51,153 bases of DNA from Bacillota bacterium. Its GTDB lineage: Bacteria; Bacillota; Bacilli; Alicyclobacillales; Alicyclobacillaceae. Below the pieces are notes generated by a model, which did not search any database, had not been told where the DNA came from, and saw only the letters and a list, made by a program, of their open reading frames with translations. This document shows, in pieces, positions 8,883 through 18,643 of this stretch (within the stretch, counting starts at the first letter, position 1; each line of letters begins with the position of its first letter). The DNA lies in contig DAHWFY010000002.1 of NCBI GenBank assembly GCA_027336365.1, forward strand, positions 1 through 51,153. Direction: 5' to 3'. A program made the translations under genes and the position numbers.

Positions 8883-11330
8883 TCACGAACCCACGTTCCC
8901 ATTCCAAACCTGTTTTAAAGCCTGCCATTGTTCCCGCGAGATCAGCACCTCTCTAGGCTTACTGCCTTCAAAAGGGCCCACCACTCCCCGCTGCTCCATT
9001 TGATCCACAATCCTAGCCGCCCGGGCATAGCCAACCCGGAAGCGGCGTTGAATCAAGGAAACAGAAGCTTGCCCCACATCTATCACTAAATCCACCGCGT
9101 CTATGAACAAGTCATCCAAGTTAGAAACCCCATTGTCTTCGGAGTGCTCATCCTCGCCATGGCTCAAGTCCACAGTATAAACCACCCTCTGTTGAGACTT
9201 GACGTATTCCACCAATTGTTCAATTTCCTGTTCAGATACAAAAGCTCCCTGCACTCGCACTGGTTTGGCTGCACCCACCGGCATATACAGCATATCTCCC
9301 CTACCCAACAATTTTTCAGCACCTCCACCATCCAAGATGGTGCGAGAATCAGCCATCGATGAAACAGCAAAAGCAATCCGGCTGGGAATATTCGCCTTAA
9401 TCACTCCGGTAATGACATCCACCGAAGGCCGCTGGGTTGCAAGGATGAGATGAATCCCCGCAGCACGGGCCATTTGAGCAATCCTACAGATGGCATCCTC
9501 CACCTCTCCGGGCGCTACCATCATAAGGTCAGCCAACTCGTCCACAATCACGACGATATACGGCAACAGTTCAGCTCCATCTTGCTTCAATAACTGATTG
9601 TATCGCTCCAGGTCTCGAGCACCCCGTTCTGCGAACAACTTGTAGCGGGCTTCCATTTCCTCAATCACACGCTTCAAAGCAAAAGCTGCCTTACGCGGGT
9701 CTGTCACAACTGGAGCGATGAGATGAGGAATTCCGTTGTACCCACTGAGTTCCACCATTTTCGGGTCAATCATTAAAAATTTCACTTCATGAGGTTTTGC
9801 TTTGACCAAGATGGAGGCAATAATGCTATTGATACATACACTTTTCCCAGATCCAGTGGCTCCAGCCACCAGTAGATGAGGCATTTTCTGCAAATTCCCC
9901 ACAATCGCCTGACCGGAGATGTCCCTGCCTAAGGAGATGGCCACTTTACTAGGCTCTCCTTGAAATTCACCAGAGTCCAACACCTCTCGCAGGGTTACCA
10001 CTGCAATGTTGTCATTGGGCACTTCAATGCCAATCACCGGTTTACCCGGTACCGGAGCCTCAATGCGGATGTCTCGAGCCGCCAAAGCCAAGGCAATGTC
10101 ATCCGTCAAATTGACAATTCGAGAAACTTTCACCCCTACTGCAGGTTGAATTTCGTAGCGGGTCACCGTCGGTCCCCGACTGATCTCTAGAACCTTTGCA
10201 TGCACACCGAAACTCTCCAGAGTGCTCTCCAATTTGCGTGCATTCTCCTGAGCGTTGCGATGATCAAACCCACCCTTGGTGGATTTAGGCAGTGCGAACA
10301 GACGCAAGGGAGGCAACTGATAGTTTTCGTCGTGAATCGGCGGTCCCACTGGATAAGTGTCGGAAATTGTTTCACTGACACCGCTCGAAGATTTGACCGT
10401 CGAGTTCACAGGTGGGGTCGTTCGTTCAGGAAAACGCATCACCAACTTACCGTCCACCTGTGCCAGCTTGAGTTCTCCCCCCTCTCCCTCGTGATGGGCC
10501 ATTGGCACAGAAGTGACAGGCTTGACTCGTGTGGAAAAGTCGTGAATTATCGGAGGAATGGGCCTTTCCTCTAAGACTTCTCCCTCAATCACCAACCCGT
10601 CCCCCGGTTCAGAGGGTCGACCTCCCTTGGCTCCGGTCAATCCGTTGTCCTCCTGACGCCGACGAGGACGCGAACGCTCCTGAGTTTTTGTTCCATCCGA
10701 GCCAAACAGAACATCGACGTACTGTTTACTCCCTCGCCAAACAGCCTCAAGACGTTTTTCCATCCACCTGGAACCCTTTTGCACCGTTACCACCAAAGAG
10801 CGTTGCAATATTAAAAGGAGACCAATCAAAGCACCGACTGTGAGAATGAGTAGCGCACCCAAAGTGGAAAACAAAGAATATAGAATAGAAAAGACGGCAT
10901 ACCCCACCAGTCCTCCCCCCGCTGGGGGAGAAGACGGCACCGTTGAACCCGACACCAAAACGTCCCTCAATACACCGATGGCACTTAAAGTGGCGGACCA
11001 CAAGGGAACCTGACCGTTTGGATAGTATTGGTGCATATATTGAAAAAAATCAAACTCCATAAACGTGAGCCACACAATCAACAGCACCAGCAACCCCATG
11101 TGCCGAGTGGTCCAAACAAAAGGTCCCCGCCGCACCATGACAAAGACAGCGGCATAGCCAAGAAATATTGGAATCAAAAAACTCCACGAGCCTGCCAAGT
11201 AAATAAAGGAAATGTCCAGGTAACGTCCAACTAAGCCCAGCTTTCCCAAGGCCAAGGCGCACAGTGTCAACATCGCCAGCCCAATCAGTTCGTACTGCAA
11301 AATAGGCTCCCTGTGCTGCTTTTTCCCCAT
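8883..11330 (-). CDS. spoIIIE: DNA translocase FtsK/SpoIIIE
   Basis: N-terminal TM domain, [31 protein letters not shown], gamma domain [13 protein letters not shown]; ATG at 11330 with GGAGG. Confidence 0.96.
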   Translation of the reverse strand: MGKKQHREPILQYELIGLAMLTLCALALGKLGLVGRYLDISFIYLAGSWSFLIPIFLGYAAVFVMVRRGPFVWTTRHMGLLVLLIVWLTFMEFDFFQYMHQYYPNGQVPLWSATLSAIGVLRDVLVSGSTVPSSPPAGGGLVGYAVFSILYSLFSTLGALLILTVGALIGLLLILQRSLVVTVQKGSRWMEKRLEAVWRGSKQYVDVLFGSDGTKTQERSRPRRRQEDNGLTGAKGGRPSEPGDGLVIEGEVLEERPIPPIIHDFSTRVKPVTSVPMAHHEGEGGELKLAQVDGKLVMRFPERTTPPVNSTVKSSSGVSETISDTYPVGPPIHDENYQLPPLRLFALPKSTKGGFDHRNAQENARKLESTLESFGVHAKVLEISRGPTVTRYEIQPAVGVKVSRIVNLTDDIALALAARDIRIEAPVPGKPVIGIEVPNDNIAVVTLREVLDSGEFQGEPSKVAISLGRDISGQAIVGNLQKMPHLLVAGATGSGKSVCINSIIASILVKAKPHEVKFLMIDPKMVELSGYNGIPHLIAPVVTDPRKAAFALKRVIEEMEARYKLFAERGARDLERYNQLLKQDGAELLPYIVVIVDELADLMMVAPGEVEDAICRIAQMARAAGIHLILATQRPSVDVITGVIKANIPSRIAFAVSSMADSRTILDGGGAEKLLGRGDMLYMPVGAAKPVRVQGAFVSEQEIEQLVEYVKSQQRVVYTVDLSHGEDEHSEDNGVSNLDDLFIDAVDLVIDVGQASVSLIQRRFRVGYARAARIVDQMEQRGVVGPFEGSKPREVLISREQWQALKQVWNGNVGS

Positions 11331-11390
11331 GCCACGCCTCCAGAGTTGGTCTTCACCCGGATGAACATCCGAGATCACCTCACTCCATTA

Positions 11391-11414
11391 TAGATGCGTG
11401 TCCGAAAAGGGTTC
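11391..11414 (+). repeat. Family B MITE left-end stub
   Basis: TAGATGCGTGTCCGAAAAGGGTTC versus TAGTGCGTGTCCGGAAAGGGGTC at 17390. Confidence 0.55.
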
Positions 11415-11443
11415 AAGCAAGCAAAACCATTCGGTCGCTGTGG

Positions 11444-11668
11444 TTATGGTTGCTTAGACAAATGGATAAGAGTTCCTGGCTGCCACTCGGGGCGCAGATA
11501 GTCCTGAGGATTCGGGCTGATGAGGCGCTCCACCTTGGCCGTCCCGTTTGTGCCAAGAGTCACCAGCATGGTCACGCCTCCCTGTTGCACTTCAACCCGT
11601 GTAGGTAAGGGTTCACTGAAATTTGCAAAGACCAGTTCCGTGGGCACAATGCTCCATAATAAGGTCAC
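11444..11668 (-). CDS. ylzJ: YlzJ-like protein
   Basis: [11 protein letters not shown]...[19 protein letters not shown] signature; lies between tepA and spoIIIE. Confidence 0.9.
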   Translation of the reverse strand: MTLLWSIVPTELVFANFSEPLPTRVEVQQGGVTMLVTLGTNGTAKVERLISPNPQDYLRPEWQPGTLIHLSKQP

Positions 11669-12426
11669 TGCAGAACCCTCCCTGTGTCAAGCCCCGACGG
11701 TTTCCGGTGCTGTGTAATCAACTCCTGCAGCTTCGCCATGGCCTCTCCCAGCCCGCCTACTTGATCCACCAAACCATAGTCTACCGCATCCCGCCCCACC
11801 ACGGTTGTGCCAATATCTCGCGCCATCTCTCCCGTATTGAGCATCAGGTTTCGAAATGCCCCCTCGTTAATTCGAGAATGGTTCACGACAAAGCGCGTCA
11901 CACGCTCCTGCATCCGCTCTAAGTACTCAAAAGACTGGGGTACCCCAATCACCATCCCCGTCAAACGAATTGGATGAATGGTCATGGAAGCAGTTTCCGT
12001 GATGAAACTGTAGTCGGAACTGACAGCAATGGGTACGCCGATGGAATGCCCGCCGCCCAGGACAAGGGACACAGTAGGTTTACTCAAGCTTGCCACCATT
12101 TCTGCGATGGCCAATCCTGCCTCCACGTCACCCCCCACGGTGTTGAGAATTAAGAGTAATCCTTCAATCTCATCATTCTGTTCTACCGCCACCAATTGGG
12201 GAATCACGTGTTCGTACTTGGTTGTCTTGTTTTGCGGGGGTAAAACAACGTGTCCCTCAATTTGACCGATAATAGACAAACAGTACAGGTTGGACTCTGT
12301 CGACTGAGTTGGAACAGTCGAGCCCAATTCTTTCACACTCTCCACAGTACTAATCTGCTCATTGGTTTCCTCTGAAAGTCCATCATTCTTCACAAAATCC
12401 CAAGGGCCCATGAACCTTTCTCTCAT
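11665..12426 (-). CDS. tepA: TepA, ClpP-family protease
   Basis: [38 protein letters not shown] and GGGHSIGVP; ATG at 12426 with AAGGAG. Confidence 0.93.
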   Translation of the reverse strand: MRERFMGPWDFVKNDGLSEETNEQISTVESVKELGSTVPTQSTESNLYCLSIIGQIEGHVVLPPQNKTTKYEHVIPQLVAVEQNDEIEGLLLILNTVGGDVEAGLAIAEMVASLSKPTVSLVLGGGHSIGVPIAVSSDYSFITETASMTIHPIRLTGMVIGVPQSFEYLERMQERVTRFVVNHSRINEGAFRNLMLNTGEMARDIGTTVVGRDAVDYGLVDQVGGLGEAMAKLQELITQHRKPSGLDTGRVLQ

Positions 12427-12487
12427 CGTAGACACTCCTTGTCTTGCCAAAAAACCTTTCACAACTTCACACGACTCTTCTTTAGTA

Positions 12488-12581
12488 GTGCGTGTTCGGA
12501 TAGGAATGAGGTCAGCCCCAAGCAGTGCGATGAAGTCAGCCCAGAATGCGCACTGGGTCTGCTCCCTTTCCGGACAACCTC
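12488..12581 (+). mobile_element. Family B MITE, internally deleted copy flanked by TA
   Basis: First 66 nt are 54/66 identical to 17392-17457; ends in CCCTTTCCGGACAACCTC; TA at 12486-12487 and 12582-12583. Confidence 0.8.
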
Positions 12582-12671
12582 TAGTATGAAGTATGATGAT
12601 TCAACACATACATGAGTGATATCATTTGACCGCTCCATTCATCGCGTTTCCCCATCCGGAACATGCAAAGC

Positions 12672-12705
12672 AAAACCCGCTCCACAACTGCCGTGAAGCG
12701 GGTTC
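12672..12705 (-). terminator. Probable intrinsic terminator downstream of rnj
   Basis: Minus strand AACCCGCTTCAC...GTGGAGCGGGTT stem ending in a TTTT run. Confidence 0.55.
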
Positions 12706-12709
12706 ACAC

Positions 12710-12774
12710 TAAACCCCCATGCCCCGCAGGGGCACAAGATGATGGGAAAATAATCGGGCGCCTATTTCCCATCA
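12710..12774 (+). repeat. Double-hairpin element, possible distant family A relative in the opposite orientation
   Basis: TAAACCCCCATGCCCC-GCA-GGGGCACAAG resembles the family A minus strand TAGACCCTCATGCCGCT-GTT-AGCGGCACCAG; second 10-bp stem TGATGGGAAA/TTTCCCATCA. Confidence 0.45.
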
Positions 12775-12872
12775 AAAAAGTGTCAAAACATCCATGGAGT
12801 AATCATTTTGCGCCTTTCCGCTGCAATGCGTCAGGGAATTCTACTCACTTTTCGGCCAACCCCCTTGACGGA

Positions 12873-14531
12873 TTAAGCCTCCATAATAATGGGCAGAATC
12901 ATTGGCCGTCTGCGAGTCTGTTCGTACAAAAATCTACCGACAGATTCGCGCACAGCCGTTTTTAATGAAGACCACTCGCTGATGTTGTCAGCAACCATCC
13001 TCGTCAATGTCGTTTCCACAATCTTTGTTGCCTGGTCCAGCAAGGCCTCTGATTCACGGACATAGACAAAGCCTCGGGAGATAATATCCGGACCGGATAA
13101 CACCGCTCCCGTCTCTTTGGACAGAGTCACCACAACCACTAAAATCCCATCCTGAGACAATAGCTTGCGATCCCGTAAAACAATGTTGCCCACGTCTCCG
13201 ACGCCCAGTCCGTCAATCATAACGGTACCAGCCGTCACCTTGCCCGCCATCTGAGCCTGTCCGTTGTTGAACTCCAGCACATCTCCCAAGTCCAAAATGA
13301 AGATATCTTCCTCCGCCACGCCCATCGACTCCGCCAATCCAGCATGTACCCGCTGCATTCGATACTCCCCGTGAACAGGCACAAAGTATTTGGGACGTAC
13401 CAGGTTGAGCATGAGTTTAAGCTCTTCCTGACTCCCGTGACCCGAGACATGCACCCCTCGGTAGATGACATGAGCCCCCGCGCGAAACAATTGGTCAATA
13501 GTGCGGAAAACGTACTTTTCATTCCCTGGAATGGGAGAACTCGCTAGGACAACCGTATCCCCTGGCACAATTTCTACCTTCCGGTGCGCCCCCCGTGCCA
13601 TGCGTGTCAAAGCGGACATCGGCTCACCCTGACTTCCGGTGGACAAAATGACTACCCGTTCCGGCGACAACTTGCTGGCATCATCCACCTCAACGATGGT
13701 GGATGAAAGAGCGTTTAAATAACCAAGTTCTAAAGCAATCTGGATATTGTTCACCATACTCCGGCCAACCACCGCAACCTTGCGCCCATACCGCTCGGCA
13801 GATTCGATGACTTCCTGAACGCGATGAATATTGGATGCAAAAGTCGCCAGAATAACCCTTCCTGGCGCATGGCTGATAATGTCGTCAATTTTTTGCCCGA
13901 CAATCCGCTCAGAAGGGGTAAATCCTTCTCGTTCTGCATTCGTACTGTCGGCCACCAAAGCCAATACGCCTCGGTTCCCATATCCTGCCAACTTCGACAA
14001 CTCGGCAGGCCGACCATCTACGGGCGTTTGGTCAATCTTAAAATCTCCGGTATGCACTATCAATCCCTCGGGAGTATCAATGGCAAATCCCCCGGTGTCA
14101 GGAATACTGTGATTCATGTAGAAAAAAGACACCTGAAACACACCCGCCTGAAAAGAACTCTCTCCGTCAATCCGCACAAGTTTTACGGTATCCAGCAGGT
14201 TGTGTTCTCGCAACTTGTTCTCAATCAATCCCAGTGTGAGCCGCGTTCCATATACAGGAACATTCAATTCCCGCAAGACATAGGGCAGACCCCCAATGTG
14301 ATCCTCATGGCCGTGAGTCACAAAAATACCGCGAACCTTATCGCGGTTCTCCATTAAATAAGAAATATCCGGGATGACCGCGTCAATACCAAGCATCTCT
14401 TCTTCAGGGAACTTAATCCCGGCATCCACGACAATGATGTCATCCCCATAGCGATAAACGGTCATATTTTTCCCGATTTCTCCGACTCCCCCCAAAGGGA
14501 TGACGGACAGTTTAAAGTGTTTCTTAGCCAA
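12873..14531 (-). CDS. rnj: Ribonuclease J (metallo-beta-lactamase/beta-CASP)
   Basis: PLGGVGEIGKNM, THGHEDHIGG, HTGDFK, GSQGEPMSAL, HVSGH and PVHGEYR motifs; TTG start with GGAGG. Confidence 0.96.
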   Translation of the reverse strand: MAKKHFKLSVIPLGGVGEIGKNMTVYRYGDDIIVVDAGIKFPEEEMLGIDAVIPDISYLMENRDKVRGIFVTHGHEDHIGGLPYVLRELNVPVYGTRLTLGLIENKLREHNLLDTVKLVRIDGESSFQAGVFQVSFFYMNHSIPDTGGFAIDTPEGLIVHTGDFKIDQTPVDGRPAELSKLAGYGNRGVLALVADSTNAEREGFTPSERIVGQKIDDIISHAPGRVILATFASNIHRVQEVIESAERYGRKVAVVGRSMVNNIQIALELGYLNALSSTIVEVDDASKLSPERVVILSTGSQGEPMSALTRMARGAHRKVEIVPGDTVVLASSPIPGNEKYVFRTIDQLFRAGAHVIYRGVHVSGHGSQEELKLMLNLVRPKYFVPVHGEYRMQRVHAGLAESMGVAEEDIFILDLGDVLEFNNGQAQMAGKVTAGTVMIDGLGVGDVGNIVLRDRKLLSQDGILVVVVTLSKETGAVLSGPDIISRGFVYVRESEALLDQATKIVETTLTRMVADNISEWSSLKTAVRESVGRFLYEQTRRRPMILPIIMEA

Positions 14532-14602
14532 AGCCGCACCTCCATATCATTCATTCATTCAACGAATACATTTTTTTACACGCGAAAGCCCGTACAACCC
14601 AT

Positions 14603-14676
14603 TTATCCAGTAAATACAATAACGTGGATTTACCTTCCCTGTTGGTGCCGCTAACAGCGGCATGACGGTCTATCCC
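14603..14676 (+). repeat. Family A repeat copy in the rnj leader
   Basis: TATCCAGTAAATACAATAACGTGGATTTACCTTCCCTGTTGGTGCCGCTAACAGCGGCATGACGGTCTATCC; TATCC at both ends. Confidence 0.95.
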
Positions 14677-14910
14677 TTAGTGTCTTAAACCCAGACGAAT
14701 AGAAAGCCAGACATCCCTCATCCGTGTCCGACGGTGCTGTCGAAACCTGTCAACTTCCTGCCGTTGCGACAGCCATTTCTGTTTTCGCTTTTCAACCCGC
14801 CAAACCATCAGACTCATGGCCTGTTCAACCCGAGTACAGACCAATGACCTGCCGCTCTCGTCCTGTGGTTGTGATTTGGTTTTCAAAGCCGCACCAGTCA
14901 CTCGTGTTTT

Positions 14911-14939
14911 ATTATACTCACCCGTCAAGGTTCATACAA
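14911..14939 (-). promoter_or_regulatory. SigA-type promoter for rnj
   Basis: TTGTAT-17 nt-TATAAT on the minus strand. Confidence 0.65.
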
Positions 14940-14940
14940 C

Positions 14941-14983
14941 AACAAAACGCCCCTTATCCCTTGAACCAGGGATGAGGGGCGTT
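14941..14983 (-). terminator. Intrinsic terminator downstream of dapA
   Basis: Minus strand AACGCCCCTCATCCCT/AGGGATAAGGGGCGTT stem followed by TTGTT. Confidence 0.75.
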
Positions 14984-15003
14984 GAGCACACCCATTTTTC
15001 ACA

Positions 15004-15118
15004 AGAGACCTACACGCCGCTGATAGCGGTGCCTATCCAGTAAATACAATAACGTGGATTTACATTCCTGCTGGTGCCGCTAACAGCGGCATGAAGGCCT
15101 ACCAGAAATGTAAATACA
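15004..15118. repeat. Family A cluster: inverted half copy (15004-15033), full copy (15033-15105), stub of a further unit (to 15118)
   Basis: AGAGACCTACACGCCGCTGATAGCGGTGCC resembles the reverse complement of the GC-hairpin half; then CTATCCAGTAAATACAATAACGTGGATTTACATTCCTGCTGGTGCCGCTAACAGCGGCATGAAGGCCTA; then GTAAATACA at 15110-15118. Confidence 0.88.
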
Positions 15119-15154
15119 CCGGGAGGCAGTTACTGCTTAAACTGGAGAACTTAT

Positions 15155-16060
15155 TTACGCCAGCGGTCCACGAGGCAATTTTCCCAATATCTCCAACTGT
15201 TGGCGAACTTCCAATTGTACTGCCTCTGGGGCTTCCACCAGCGGCAGGCGCACCCCGCCTCCTGGTAAGCCTAAATCCCGCAGGGCCGATTTTAGTGGAG
15301 CCGGACTGGAGCTGTGAAAGAGAGCTTCAAATAAAGGCAGCAGACGAGCCGACCACTCTGCGGCCACGGCCACCTCTCCAGCCAGATGGGCATGAATTAA
15401 GCGAGTCATTTCCTGACCCACGAGGTGGGAAGCCACACTGACCACCCCATATCCCCCCACAGATAAAACCGGTAGGGTCAGTTTATCGTCACCGCTGTAA
15501 AGAAACACATCATCCGGCTTGAAGGCGGCAAGTTCCATAATCTGAGTCATGTTGCCACTGGCCTCTTTGATAGCGATGATGTTTGGCACTTGAACCAGGC
15601 GCAATAAAGTGTTCACCTCAATATTCACACCACAGCGACCGGGAATGTTGTAGATCATGATGGGCAGAGAAACTGCCTTTGCAACGGCAGAAAAATGAGC
15701 ATAGAGACCCTCTTGACTGGGTTTATTATAGTAAGGTGCTACCAACAATAATCCCTGAACCCCAAGTTGTGCCGCTTCCTTCGACAACTGGATACTGTCC
15801 CCTGTGCTGTTGGTTCCGGTTCCCGCGATGACGGGAACTCGACCGTCTGCAAAGTGCAGGGTCAACTCGAACAGCCGTAGCTTTTCTTCATGCGACAGAA
15901 CCGGCGATTCGCCGGTGGTCCCTGCGGCAACCAAGGCCGTGGTTCCCATTGCAATTAAGTGATCAACCAATTTCTGCAATCCCGTTTCATCCAACCGTCC
16001 ATCGTCCGTGAATGGCGTCACCATGGCTGTAATCAAACGTCCAAAATCCACTATTGCCAC
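15155..16060 (-). CDS. dapA: 4-hydroxy-tetrahydrodipicolinate synthase
   Basis: TAMVTPF, GTTGES, PYYNKP, YNIPGR, IKEASG and SGDD motifs. Confidence 0.97.
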   Translation of the reverse strand: MAIVDFGRLITAMVTPFTDDGRLDETGLQKLVDHLIAMGTTALVAAGTTGESPVLSHEEKLRLFELTLHFADGRVPVIAGTGTNSTGDSIQLSKEAAQLGVQGLLLVAPYYNKPSQEGLYAHFSAVAKAVSLPIMIYNIPGRCGVNIEVNTLLRLVQVPNIIAIKEASGNMTQIMELAAFKPDDVFLYSGDDKLTLPVLSVGGYGVVSVASHLVGQEMTRLIHAHLAGEVAVAAEWSARLLPLFEALFHSSSPAPLKSALRDLGLPGGGVRLPLVEAPEAVQLEVRQQLEILGKLPRGPLA

Positions 16061-16117
16061 CCCACTCGTGGTCCGCGCGCGCGTAAAGTCACTTTCCTTT
16101 GCCTCTTCATTCCTATC

Positions 16118-17326
16118 TTACACCGGGCTGTCTAGCTCGAAAGCCTGATGGAGTGCACGCACGGCCTTTTCCATTTGTTCTCCATGTACAAGACACCAAA
16201 TTGTCGTGTGAGAATCCGCAGATTGGAGAATCTCAATGTCTTCCTTCCGCAGAGAATCCACAATTTTCGCCATAATTCCGGGGACCCCGGCAATCCCCGC
16301 GCCCACCGCCGCCACCTTGGCACAATTCTCCACAACTTGAGGACCCGCACCCAATCCCCGAATGAGTTCGGCCGCTTTTTGGCCATCTTTGCCGGGCACA
16401 GTATACGTGACCCGGTCCGTCCCCACCGAAATGAAATCAACGCTAATGGCGTGTTCAGCCATTAAGGCAAACACGTTTTGACCCCTCAGTTCCTCCTGAT
16501 GCACAGAAATTTGTGTGACAGGAGCCGTCTGTGTGACTCCTGTCAGAAAACGATCAGCTACCGTGGCTGTCTCCAGCACTGCAGTGGCACTGGTGACAAG
16601 TGTGCCCTCATCCATCGACTGAGTGCTGCGCACCCGAATGGGAACATTCTTTTGCATGGCAATTTCCACCGCCCGGGGATGAATCACCTTCGCTCCTTGA
16701 TACGCCAAATTACAAATCTCTGTATAGGTCACCCGCTTTAGCTTACGAGCTTCATCGACAATCCTTGGATCTGCCGTCATGATGCCGTCTACATCCGTAA
16801 AAATATCCACTCTTTGAGCATTCAATGCAACGGCGAGGGCCGTGGCAGTCGTATCACTCCCCCCACGACCGAGGGTTGTGACATCTCCATCCTCGTTGAC
16901 ACCCTGAAACCCCATCACCACCACAATGCGCCCGTTTTCTAACTCGGAAAGAATCCGCTGTGGCCGGATCTCTAAGATGCGGGCATCGCCAAATCTGTCA
17001 CTTGTGGAAATCCCAGCCTGGCCCCCATTGAGAACCACCACATCGTGACCGCGCCCCCGCAGAGCAGCGGCAAAGACCACGGCGGAAATGGTTTCCCCAC
17101 AACTCATGAGAATATCCTTATCCCTGGGACTTCCCAAATCCACACCTTGTAAGAGGCTTAACAAGGTGTCTGTGGCATATGGATCTCCCTTACGTCCCAT
17201 GGCGGACACAACCACAACAACCTGGTACCCCTCACTGAGTGCAACTTCCACATGCCGAATTGCCGCCAAGCGCAATTCATGGCTGGCCACAGATGTGCCA
17301 CCAAACTTCTGCACAAGAATTTGCAT
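16118..17326 (-). CDS. dapG: Aspartate kinase I
   Basis: VQKFGGTSV, SAMGRKGDPYATD and TTLGRGGSDTTA motifs; ACT domains; asd-dapG-dapA order. Confidence 0.95.
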   Translation of the reverse strand: MQILVQKFGGTSVASHELRLAAIRHVEVALSEGYQVVVVVSAMGRKGDPYATDTLLSLLQGVDLGSPRDKDILMSCGETISAVVFAAALRGRGHDVVVLNGGQAGISTSDRFGDARILEIRPQRILSELENGRIVVVMGFQGVNEDGDVTTLGRGGSDTTATALAVALNAQRVDIFTDVDGIMTADPRIVDEARKLKRVTYTEICNLAYQGAKVIHPRAVEIAMQKNVPIRVRSTQSMDEGTLVTSATAVLETATVADRFLTGVTQTAPVTQISVHQEELRGQNVFALMAEHAISVDFISVGTDRVTYTVPGKDGQKAAELIRGLGAGPQVVENCAKVAAVGAGIAGVPGIMAKIVDSLRKEDIEILQSADSHTTIWCLVHGEQMEKAVRALHQAFELDSPV

Positions 17327-17391
17327 GATACCTTCTCCCAGCTCCCAAAACGCTTGTCTTTAAACTGTAGACTGTGCAGGATTGCCTTTTA

Positions 17392-17546
17392 GTGCGTGTC
17401 CGGAAAGGGGTCTGGTCAGACCCAAGCAGTGCCAGGAGGCCAGCCCAAAATGCGCACAGAGCGTACGTTTTCGGTACGTGAAGGAGCATTTTGGGCGACG
17501 ACGCAGCAATGCGCCGGGGAGTTCTGACCCCTTTCCGGACAACCCC
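17392..17546 (+). mobile_element. Family B MITE, most intact copy (~155 bp)
   Basis: Perfect 16-bp subterminal inverted repeat TGTCCGGAAAGGGGTC (17397-17412) / GACCCCTTTCCGGACA (17526-17541); internal stem GCCCAAAATGC/GCATTTTGGGC; ends 2 nt from the asd stop codon. Confidence 0.85.
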
Positions 17547-17548
17547 TT

Positions 17549-18577
17549 TTAGTCTCCTGCCTGGCCCACCAGCAACTCGGCAATCTGCACCGCGTTCCAA
17601 GCAGCGCCCTTCAGCAAATTGTCTGCCACAACAAACATGCAAACCGTTTGAGAATCAGTCAAGTCCGGACGAATTCGGCCCACATAGGTGTCTCCAGTTC
17701 CTTCGGCCATTTTCGGATGGGGGTACAAAGCACGCTTTGGATCATCTACAACCACCACACCTGGAGCTCCCTGTAATCGGGAGCGCACCTGTTGTGCCGT
17801 GATGGTTTGACCAAAACGAACAGAGACCACTTCAGAGTGTCCGTAAACGACTGGCACCCGTACCGCAGTTGGACTCACCCGCAATTTGGGTTGCCCCAAA
17901 ATTTTTTGCGACTCAAGCACCAATTTCATTTCTTCTTTGGTATATCCATTATCCAAAAACACGTCGCACTGAGGCAAAACGTTGAAGGCCATCGAATAAT
18001 GTACCTCGCTGTCCGCCACCGGAAACAGGGTTGTGTCCTCTCCCTGTTTCGCAATTTCATTTTGCAAGGCATTGATGGCCTTTTGCCCCATGCCACTGAC
18101 AGCCTGATAGGTCGCCACGGACACATGTTCGATACCAAACTCGGTCAAGGGTTTCAAGGCAACCACCAATTGAATCGTGGAGCAGTTGGGATTGGCAATG
18201 ATGCCCTTGTGTTCCGCCAAAGCCTCGGGGTTCACTTCCGGTACCACCAAAGGCACCTGTGGATCCATACGAAAGGCCGAACTGTTGTCAACCACGACAC
18301 ACCCCCTTGCGGCGGCCAAGGGTGCATACACCTGACTGGCGGACGCTCCCGCGCTGAACAGGGCCACATCCACTCCCTCAAAGTCCGACTCCTCAACTGC
18401 CTTCACCGGTATTTTCTGACCGCGGAACTCCAGCGTCTGACCGGCCGACTTGGGACTGGCCAAAAGGCGAAGTTCCCCAACCGGAAAACTTCTGCGTTCC
18501 AGCGTGGACAACATGGCTCGACCGACGGCACCCGTTGCACCTAAAACTGCGACAGTATAGTCATCCTTACGCTTCAT
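17549..18577 (-). CDS. asd: Aspartate-semialdehyde dehydrogenase
   Basis: GATGAVG, DNSSAFRM, IANPNCST, RVPVVYGHS and DNLLKGAAWNAVQIAE motifs. Confidence 0.97.
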   Translation of the reverse strand: MKRKDDYTVAVLGATGAVGRAMLSTLERRSFPVGELRLLASPKSAGQTLEFRGQKIPVKAVEESDFEGVDVALFSAGASASQVYAPLAAARGCVVVDNSSAFRMDPQVPLVVPEVNPEALAEHKGIIANPNCSTIQLVVALKPLTEFGIEHVSVATYQAVSGMGQKAINALQNEIAKQGEDTTLFPVADSEVHYSMAFNVLPQCDVFLDNGYTKEEMKLVLESQKILGQPKLRVSPTAVRVPVVYGHSEVVSVRFGQTITAQQVRSRLQGAPGVVVVDDPKRALYPHPKMAEGTGDTYVGRIRPDLTDSQTVCMFVVADNLLKGAAWNAVQIAELLVGQAGD

Positions 18578-18643
18578 TTCCGTTCTCCTTTGTGAAAAAT
18601 ACTTCTTCCTGCACTCTCCCAGTTTCTCCTACATTTGTTCAAT

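Noticed and set aside
14677-14928. 83-aa ORF in the rnj leader
   Set aside because: It begins inside the predicted promoter, internal starts lack an RBS, and no motif is recognisable.
14941-14983. T-box or lysine riboswitch near the dap genes
   Set aside because: Only a terminator hairpin is visible; I found no T-box consensus or lysine aptamer features, and it lies downstream of dapA.
17277-17642. ORFs crossing the asd-dapG spacer
   Set aside because: They overlap both real genes and run through the family B MITE; no coding signal.
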